Assembly: GCA_002501205.1 (NCBI GenBank)
Contig: DLRW01000073.1
Coordinates: forward strand, 48,287 to 112,286
Length of the DNA stretch: 64,000 bases
Source: Flavobacteriales bacterium UBA7878
GTDB taxonomy: Bacteria > Bacteroidota > Bacteroidia > Flavobacteriales > Schleiferiaceae
Reading direction: 5' to 3'
Positions 9,083-17,500 of the stretch are shown piece by piece. Within the stretch, counting starts at the first letter, position 1; each line of letters begins with the position of its first letter. Under the pieces are notes generated by a model. That model saw only the letters and a list, made by a program, of their open reading frames with translations. It was not told the DNA's origin and ran no database searches. Position numbers and translations under genes: made by a program.

Positions 9083-10411
9083 ATGATGAAGCAGATTAGC
9101 CTACTTTTATTTTACCTCCTGGCCTTTGGCCTCCGGGGGCAGTATCTCGATTTAGAATTGGTAAACGCTAAGGGCCAAGCCTTGGCTGGTGTAGTCGCCA
9201 TTGATTATTTGGGAAAGGAATACGGCCCCAGTAATGCGAATGGTGCTTTGCGAATCCCGGAAACGGCAGGCTCGGCAGTACAGCTATTTAAGGAAGGCTA
9301 CTATATTAAATTATTGGAGCTGGATTGGACTGAATTGGCCTCCCGAAAGGTACAAGTAGAAATGCAGTCTAATGCCATGGAGCTGGCTGAAATTGAGGTG
9401 CAGGCCCGGGCGATTTCCTTTACCGATACTTTGCGTGTGCAGGATTTCGACTTTCAAAATGAAATGTTATTGGTGTTGGGCTATGATTATCTGGTTTTGG
9501 CGCAACCCGATCTGAAGGCATTATGGAGTCTGGTAAATCGAGCAGATTATACCAGTATAGAACGGGATCCTCGCGGAAACCTCTTTCTATTGAGTAAGGA
9601 TAGTGCCAGTCAGGTAATTCTGCGTTCCGATCAACTCTATTTTTATCCGGCGGTAAGCCGTACCCAATATGGCCAGTATATAGAGCCTCTGGTAGCGCAA
9701 ATTGGTAAAGCTTTGATTGTTCGCAATAATCAAATGGAGTCTATGCCATTACCGATTAGTGAAATGCGGGCCGGAACTCAGGGCAAGAGTATGAGCTTTC
9801 CTCCTTTTCACAATCAAGGAGTACAATTATTTATCTATCGTGAAGGGCAAGAGCCAGAGGAGTTTTTCTTTAGTGTAGATACCCCATCTGTAATCGCTGC
9901 TCACCAAGCCTTTATGAATGCTTTTTCCATTGCGGCTGGAATTGAAAAGGTGTACGATATGTATGGGGTATGGCAACATGAAAAACTATTTGATTTAGAT
10001 GTTGCTCAGAAAATGTATCAAAGAGCCCATGCCAAATATTATCCTACGCCCATGTTTAAAGTGGAGGAAGAATATTGGTTGTTTGATCGCTATAATGATC
10101 AATTGGTGGTATTCGATGCACAAGGACATCAGCAGGAAGCCCTTCCTTTTAGTATTGAAGAAGAGTATATCGCCCCTCTGGTGATTCAGGATTATCAGCA
10201 AAAGAAGCTATATGCTCTCAAGAAGGAGAGAGGCATGGTTTACCTCTATCCCTTTGAAGGGAAGAAATTAGGAGGGGGCCAAAAGGTGGCTCTGTTTGCT
10301 CGGGAAACCAAGGTTTACAATGGGCAGCTATATTATATTGATGAATACAATTTCATGCATCTCCGCGAAAGCGGTATTTCTGGAATAGAGCTGGCTTTAC
10401 GCCTCTTTTAA
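9083..10411 (+). CDS. Secreted hypothetical protein (N-terminal carboxypeptidase-regulatory-like segment)
   Basis: ORF 9080..10411. The signal peptide is MMKQISLLLFYLLAFGLRGQ. It starts 31 nt after the paaJ stop and ends 39 nt before the paaY start. No family is recognised for the bulk of the protein. Confidence 0.5.
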   Translation: MMKQISLLLFYLLAFGLRGQYLDLELVNAKGQALAGVVAIDYLGKEYGPSNANGALRIPETAGSAVQLFKEGYYIKLLELDWTELASRKVQVEMQSNAMELAEIEVQARAISFTDTLRVQDFDFQNEMLLVLGYDYLVLAQPDLKALWSLVNRADYTSIERDPRGNLFLLSKDSASQVILRSDQLYFYPAVSRTQYGQYIEPLVAQIGKALIVRNNQMESMPLPISEMRAGTQGKSMSFPPFHNQGVQLFIYREGQEPEEFFFSVDTPSVIAAHQAFMNAFSIAAGIEKVYDMYGVWQHEKLFDLDVAQKMYQRAHAKYYPTPMFKVEEEYWLFDRYNDQLVVFDAQGHQQEALPFSIEEEYIAPLVIQDYQQKKLYALKKERGMVYLYPFEGKKLGGGQKVALFARETKVYNGQLYYIDEYNFMHLRESGISGIELALRLF

Positions 10412-10450
10412 AGGAAAGCCCTTAACTTGCCTTTTCTAATAAAGGCATCG

Positions 10451-11047
10451 ATGTTTTACGAGTTTCAGGGCTTTAAGCCAGTGGTTAAGGAAAGTGCTTT
10501 TGTGCACCAAACAGCAGTTATCATTGGTAATGTTATAATCGGAGAGAAAGTCTATATCGGTCCGGGAGCGGTAATTCGTGGCGACTGGGGTCAGATTATT
10601 ATTGAGGATGGCTGCAATGTGCAGGAGAATTGCGTGGTACATATGTTTCCGGGAGTTAGTATTCGCTTGGAAGAGGGCGCGCATGTTGGCCATGGTGCCA
10701 TAATTCATGGCGCAAATTTGGGCCGCAATGTTTTGATCGGAATGAATGCGGTGGTAATGGATCGATCCACGGTTGGAGCAGGCTCTATTGTTGGCGCCTT
10801 GAGCTTTATTAAAGCCGATACCCAAATTCCCGAACGAAGTTTAGTAGTAGGCAATCCAGCCCGAATTATTAAGGAGGTGAGCGACACTATGCTCGACTGG
10901 AAAACCAAGGGAACCGAATTGTATCAAGAGCTGCCCGGAGAGCTTTATTCCAGTCTTCAAGAATGTGAACCTTTGGCTGAAGTGGAGGCCAATCGGCCCA
11001 AGCAAGAAAAACTCTTCCAAACCTGGAATGAGCAGCAAGGCGGCTAA
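10451..11047 (+). CDS. paaY: Hexapeptide-repeat (gamma-carbonic-anhydrase-like) protein, PaaY-type
   Basis: Starting at the ATG at 10451 (MFYEFQGFKPVV), the whole length aligns with my recollection of E. coli PaaY (FVH.TAV.IG.V..G..VY.GP...RGD.G.I...G.N.Q.NCV.H). Confidence 0.8.
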   Translation: MFYEFQGFKPVVKESAFVHQTAVIIGNVIIGEKVYIGPGAVIRGDWGQIIIEDGCNVQENCVVHMFPGVSIRLEEGAHVGHGAIIHGANLGRNVLIGMNAVVMDRSTVGAGSIVGALSFIKADTQIPERSLVVGNPARIIKEVSDTMLDWKTKGTELYQELPGELYSSLQECEPLAEVEANRPKQEKLFQTWNEQQGG

Positions 11048-11573
11048 AAAAAATTAATCTGAGCTTAACACATTCACCTCGTTTTTAGTACATTCGGAAA
11101 CAAGTTTTTAAGGATAAATTAACTGTACAAGTATTTCATAAGCTTTAGGGAGAGCTTTAATACTTGATTTTAAGGGAACTAGGATTAACAGGTTACTGAA
11201 CTGAAATGAGGAACTATTTCTTTCAGGCGCATGCTCGGCGGCATAATCGAGCCTTAAATGCGTACTTCGAACATCTTATTGATCAGGAAAAAATAGCTCA
11301 AGCTTTAAATAAGCTTAGAGTAGGGGATTTGTATGTATTTCCCCAATCCGCAAACTGTTTAAGCAAGCAGTTTCAACCTTCGCTTTCCTGTTCTAATCCC
11401 CACCATTTTTAAACCACTAAGCACCTTAGACGGGTGCAACTCCGCTTGGAATGCGGCATTTAACTGAATGTTTAACCCTATAAAAAAAACATCATTGAGC
11501 ACTAACCCGAACTAACCTATTTCAATTTGATAATCAGGCTCGCTACTAACAGTTGATAATTAACCATCTATTT

Positions 11574-14500
11574 ATGAAAAACAAGTACTACCATTTGTTA
11601 GGGCTGGTGGTCCTTGCCGTTTTCGGGCTCTCGCAGTCCGTTTTCGGGCAAGTTACCAGCTACCCCTACCTGGAGAACTTTGATTCTCAAAGCACATGCG
11701 GTACCTCTTGTACGTCCATTTGCACCCTTACTGCGGGTGGTTGGACGAATAGCACTACAGACGATAAGGACTGGGCTGTAGATGCATCAGGGACCTCATC
11801 CTCATCAACCGGACCAAGTGGTGACCATACCACCGGAACCGGTAATTACATTTACACGGAAGCGTCTAGCTGCTACAGTAAAGTGGCGGACTTAATTTCT
11901 CCGGTATTTGATTTTACTTCACTAACCAATCCTAGTCTGGAGTTTTACTACCACATGTATGGTCAAAGCATGGGAAGCCTCGAGGTTTTCGTGTCTACCG
12001 ATGGTGGTACCACCTGGACTAATGCATTGTTTAGTCTAAATGGAGAACAGCAAACCTCAAATTCAGACCCTTATCTTCAAGCTGAAGTGCCTTTGTGTGC
12101 TTATGCAGGTCAGTCTAGCGTAACCATCCGAATTACCGGTACTACTGGTACTGCCTTCTATTCGGATATGGCTATTGACGATATTAAGGTTTATGAAGCC
12201 ACCACTTGCTTTGCTCCAAGTTCTTTGTCTACTGCCAATGAGGTTGGAACCAGTGCAGATTTAAACTGGACAGATGTTTGTGCGGTTTCTTATGACTACG
12301 TTGTGGTACCTATGGGTTCTCCCCAAACTGCCACTGCCGTAGCTTCTGGAAACGTTGCAACTAATATGGCTACTGCCAGCGGACTTTCGGCTACTACTAA
12401 TTACGATGTATACGTTCGTAGCAATTGTAGTGGGTCTTCTTCTGCCTGGGCAGGACCTTTTACCATTTTCTCAGGATGTACAGGTGCCTTAACTGGTAGC
12501 TATACCGTTGGCGGAAGCAGTCCTGATTATGCTACCATCTCGGAAGCTATTACCAGCTTAAGCAATTGTGGTATTTCTGCTCCGGTTACTATTAACATTG
12601 CAGCCGGTACCTATAATGAACAATTGGTTATTCCGGCAATTTCCGGAGCCAGCGCTACCAATACCGTAACCATTCAAGGTGCGGGTGCTACTTCTACTAT
12701 CATTTCTTATGATGGCACCGGCAGCAGCGGTACTGCAGTAGAATTTAACGGCGCCAAGCATGTTAGCCTGAAAAATGTGGGAATTGAAAATACCAGTTCC
12801 AGCACACCTGCTTTTGGTATCCACCTGTGGAATGCTGCAGATACTATTTCAATTGAAAATTGTGATATTAAAGTTCCAACGAATACTACTTCCTCTTTAG
12901 TAGTAGGAATCCTGAGTTCTGGCAGCCAAACCAGTACTGGTACTACCGGAGATAATGCCAATGGCTTATTGGTAAAAGACTGTAATGTAACTGGTGGATA
13001 CTATGGTATCCGTTTATATGGTTCTTCAACAACAGCCAGCGATAACCTTTATAACCGCATTGAAAATACAGTTGTAGATAGTGTATACTACTATGGTATC
13101 TACATGTATTATCAAGGTTTACCAGAAGTACGCGGATGTACTGTTTCCAACACCCGGAACTCATCAAGCTACGGTATCTACGCCGTTTATACCCCTGGTA
13201 TTGAAATCCATAAAAACTGGTTGCAAAACTTGGGTACTTATGGTATTTATATTTCCAATGCCAACTCTACTTCTCAACCTCATGCTCGCAGATCAAATGT
13301 GACCAATAATATGGTGAGCGCCACCGGTAGTGGTGATGCCTTGTATTTGTCAGGATCTGATTCTATGAACATCTACTACAACACCTTGTATGCAGATGCG
13401 GATCAGGCTTTGTGGATTAACTCTACCAGTGATGATTACGATGTGCGAAACAATATTCTGGTTTCAGCTAATGAAACTCCAGTAGACTTAGATGCCACCC
13501 CAGATGCTACCGACATTATGGATTACAACGTAATGTATAGTGAGAATGGTAGCGATATCATGGATGTGAGCACTTCTTCTTATGCAGATTTGGCCACTTT
13601 ACAGGCAGCTGCCTTAGGAACAAACTTCAATACCAATTCTGTAGAAGGTGATCCTTCATTTGTGGGTTCTCCTGACTTACACGTATTAGCCAGCACCGCA
13701 AATGATGTGGGTGTAGTAATCGCCGGAATTACTGATGACTTCGATGGCGATGCACGTTCAGGCTCTACCCCAGATATTGGTGCGGATGAGTTTAGCCCTG
13801 CATCTTGTTTACCTCCAACAGCAATGGCGGCGGCAAACATGACGGATCTTACAGCCGATTTAAGCTGGACTCCTGGCGGAACAGAAACTACCTGGAATAT
13901 TGAGTATGGACCTACCGGTTATACTCAAGGTGCAGGAACTACAGTTTCAGCCGTAACCGCAAATCCTTATACCCTAACAGGTTTAAGTCCAAACACTACT
14001 TACGATTTCTACATTCAGTCTGACTGTGGTACCGGAACCAGTATCTATGTTTTCGGAGCTACTTTCACCACTGCTTGTTCAGCTTTCAGCGCTCCATTTA
14101 GCGAGTCATTTGATGCGACTAGCATGCCTAGCTGCTGGTCTGCTTATGGATCAGATCCCTGGTTATTTACCACAACCTGGCCTGCTTATGGTGCCGGTTC
14201 TGCTTCTGATCATACTGGTAATAGCGGATCATTTGCCGGTATTGACGGTTCAGGTGGTAGCGCTACCAGTGATGGTACTCTGGAGTCTCCATTAATTGAT
14301 TTGACCGGTTTAACCTCAGCTCAATTAAGCTTTTATGTGTTTAGTGATAATACAAATGCTCCTGGCGACAATGCTACTTTAAACGTTGAGGTTTGGGATG
14401 GTTCAGTTTGGACTAATGAATTGAGCTATGCCGGTGATAATTCTTCATGGGTAGAGCAAACCGTAGACCTGAGCTCTTATTCAGGCACTATTAAGATTCG

Positions 14501-17500
14501 CTTTATCGTAGATCAAACCACCATGACGGGTAGTGCCTTCTACAATGATATTATGATTGATGATATCAGCGTAGCCAATGCACCCAGTTGTATTGCTCCT
14601 AGTTCTTTAGGTTTAGACACTGTAGACCACGCAATGGCGGTGGTGTACTGGACTACCGGAGGTGCTAGTGATTGGATCGTAGAATACGGACCAGCAGGCT
14701 TTAGCTTAGGTTCTGGAACTCAAATGATAGCGACCAATGATACCATTACCATTAGTGGATTGATGGCTTCTACCGCCTATGAGTTTTATGTTGCCGATAG
14801 TTGTGGACTAGGTAATATCAGTACCTATACCGGGCCTTTTGCCTTTAGTACAACTGCTAACTGCCCCGCAACAGAAACCCTGCCTTATGCAGAGAACTTT
14901 GATGCAGGAATTGGCTGCTTTACTGCCATTGATGGTGGAGGTTCATCAGGTGATACCTGGGCTCACTCAACCAGTGGTTCTCAAAACCTGGATGGTACGG
15001 GCTATATGCGCGTTGATAGCGATGCCAATGGAAATGGAACGCACATGATTGAGACCTTGGAGTCTCCAGTAATTGACGCTTCCAGTGTATCCAATTCACT
15101 CATCCTCGAGTTTGATCATTACTATCGTGCCCTTGGTGATTCTGCGACCGTTCAGGTTTACGATGGAGCCAATTGGGTAAATGTTGCTATTTATAAAAAC
15201 TCCGCTGGCGGTTGGTCCAATCCAAGCCATGAAGTAATTGACGTTACCGCCTATGCCAATGCTAATTTCCAGGTACGTTTCTTCTATGACGATGGTAACA
15301 ACTGGGCTTGGTATTGGAACGTGGATAATTTCTCTGTGGAGGATAAGTGCTTAACACAAAGCCTTCCTTATGTAGAGAACTTCGATTCCGGAGCAGGTTG
15401 TTTCAGCACTGTTGATGGCGGGGATGCTTCCGGTGATACCTGGGCTCCTGCATCAAGCGGATCTCAAGATTTAGACGGTACAGATTATATGCGTGTAGAT
15501 AGCGATGCTAATGGCAACGGTACTTACATGCGCGAAGAATTAGTTTCTCCTAAGATTGATGCGTCTGGTTTCACCGGAACCTTACTCCTGGAGTACGATC
15601 ACTATTATCGTTCAATCGGTAGCGATACCGGTTTTGTAGATGTTTGGGATGGTACGGCTTGGGTAAATGTGGCTATGTACACAGCGACTACTGGTGGCTG
15701 GTCTTCTCCTAGTCATGAGTCTATTGACATCTCAGCCTATGCTAATGCTGACTTACAAGTTCGTTTTGATTATGACGATGGTGATACCTGGGCTTGGTAC
15801 TGGAGCGTAGACAACTTCTCTGTAACCGATGTAGGCTGTTTAACTCCAAGTGCTTTAGGGGTTGATACCGTGGATCACTCCATGGCAGTGGTATACTGGA
15901 CTACTGGTGGTGCCAATGATTGGATCGTGGAATACGGACCTGCTGGCTTTACTTTAGGAACCGGAACTCAGATCATTGCTAGCAATGACACCCTTACTAT
16001 TACCGGACTTTCAGCCTCAACAGCTTATGAGTTTTATGTTGCCGATAGCTGTGGATTAGCCGATGTTAGTGCTTTCGCAGGACCAATGGCCTTTAACACC
16101 ACAGCAAATTGCCCTGCAGTTGAATCTTTGCCTTATGGTGAGAATTTTGATGCAGGAATTGGCTGCTTTACCGCTATTGATGCTGGAGGTGCCTCTGGTG
16201 ATACTTGGGCACATACGGTAAGTTCTTCTCAGAATTTAGATGGAACAGGCTATATGCGTGTGGATAGCGATGCCAATGGCAATGGTACCCATTTGATAGA
16301 AACCCTGGAGTCTCCTGTAATTGATGCTTCCACTGTTAATCAGTCTTTAATACTGGAGTTCGATCATTATTACCGTGCTTTAGGTGATTCTGCAACCGTT
16401 CAGGTTTACGATGGAACCAATTGGGTGAATGTGGCCGTTTATAAATCTTCAACCGGTGGATGGTCTAGCCCTAGCCACGAGGTTATTGATGTTACTGCTT
16501 ATGCCAATGCGAACTTCCAGGTACGTTTCTTCTATGACGATGGTAACAGCTGGACTTGGTATTGGAGTGTAGACAACTTCTCTGTAGAAGACAAGTGTTT
16601 AACTCAAAGCCTTCCTTATGCAGAGAACTTTGATACCGATCAAGGTTGCTTTAGCACTGTTGATGGCGGTGATGCCTCCGGTGACACCTGGGCACATACT
16701 ACCAGTACTTCTCAGAACTTAGATGGAACAGGTTATATGCGTGTGGATAGTGATGCCAATGGTAATGGAACCTATATGCGTGAGCAATTAGTGTCTCCGG
16801 TAATTGATGCATCCGGTTTCGCTGGAACTCTACTTCTGGAATATGATCACTACTACCGTACCATCGTTGGTGATACCGGTTGGGTTGATGTTTGGGATGG
16901 AACAAGCTGGGTAAATGTGGCCATGTATACTGCCACTACTGGTGGTTGGTCTTCGCCTACTCATGAGTCCATTGATATCTCAGCTTATGCCAACGCCAAC
17001 TTACAAGTACGTTTTGATTATGACGATGGAAACTCATGGGCTTGGTACTGGAGTGTAGATAATTTCTCCGTAACTGATGTAGGTTGTTTACCTCCAAGTG
17101 CATTAGGTGCTTTCAATGTGACTACCAATAGTGCAGAGGTGTTCTGGACTACCGGTGGCGCTAGCAACTGGCAAGTAGAATATGGTCCAGTAGGATTTAG
17201 CCCTGGTTCAGGAACCCTGGTTTCAGCTACTAATGATACGATCATGTTAACGGGTCTTCAAGTAGCAACCACCTATGACTTTTATGTAAGAGATAGTTGC
17301 GGTGCAACAGATCTTTCTGCTTGGGCCGGACCGGTAAACTTTACCACTCTCTGTGCTCCAATTAGCAGCTATCCATATATCGAAGACTTCGACAGTGGAA
17401 TATTCCCTGCATGTTATAGTGAAACTACTACCAGTTCAGGAACCTACGTTTGGGGACCAGACGCCGGTGGTACAGGCTCCTCAGGTACAGGTCCAGCAGT

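Noticed and set aside
11206-11412. 68-aa ORF in the leader of the giant gene
   Set aside because: It has a basic, low-information sequence with no family signal and no promoter or terminator context. It is treated as non-coding leader.
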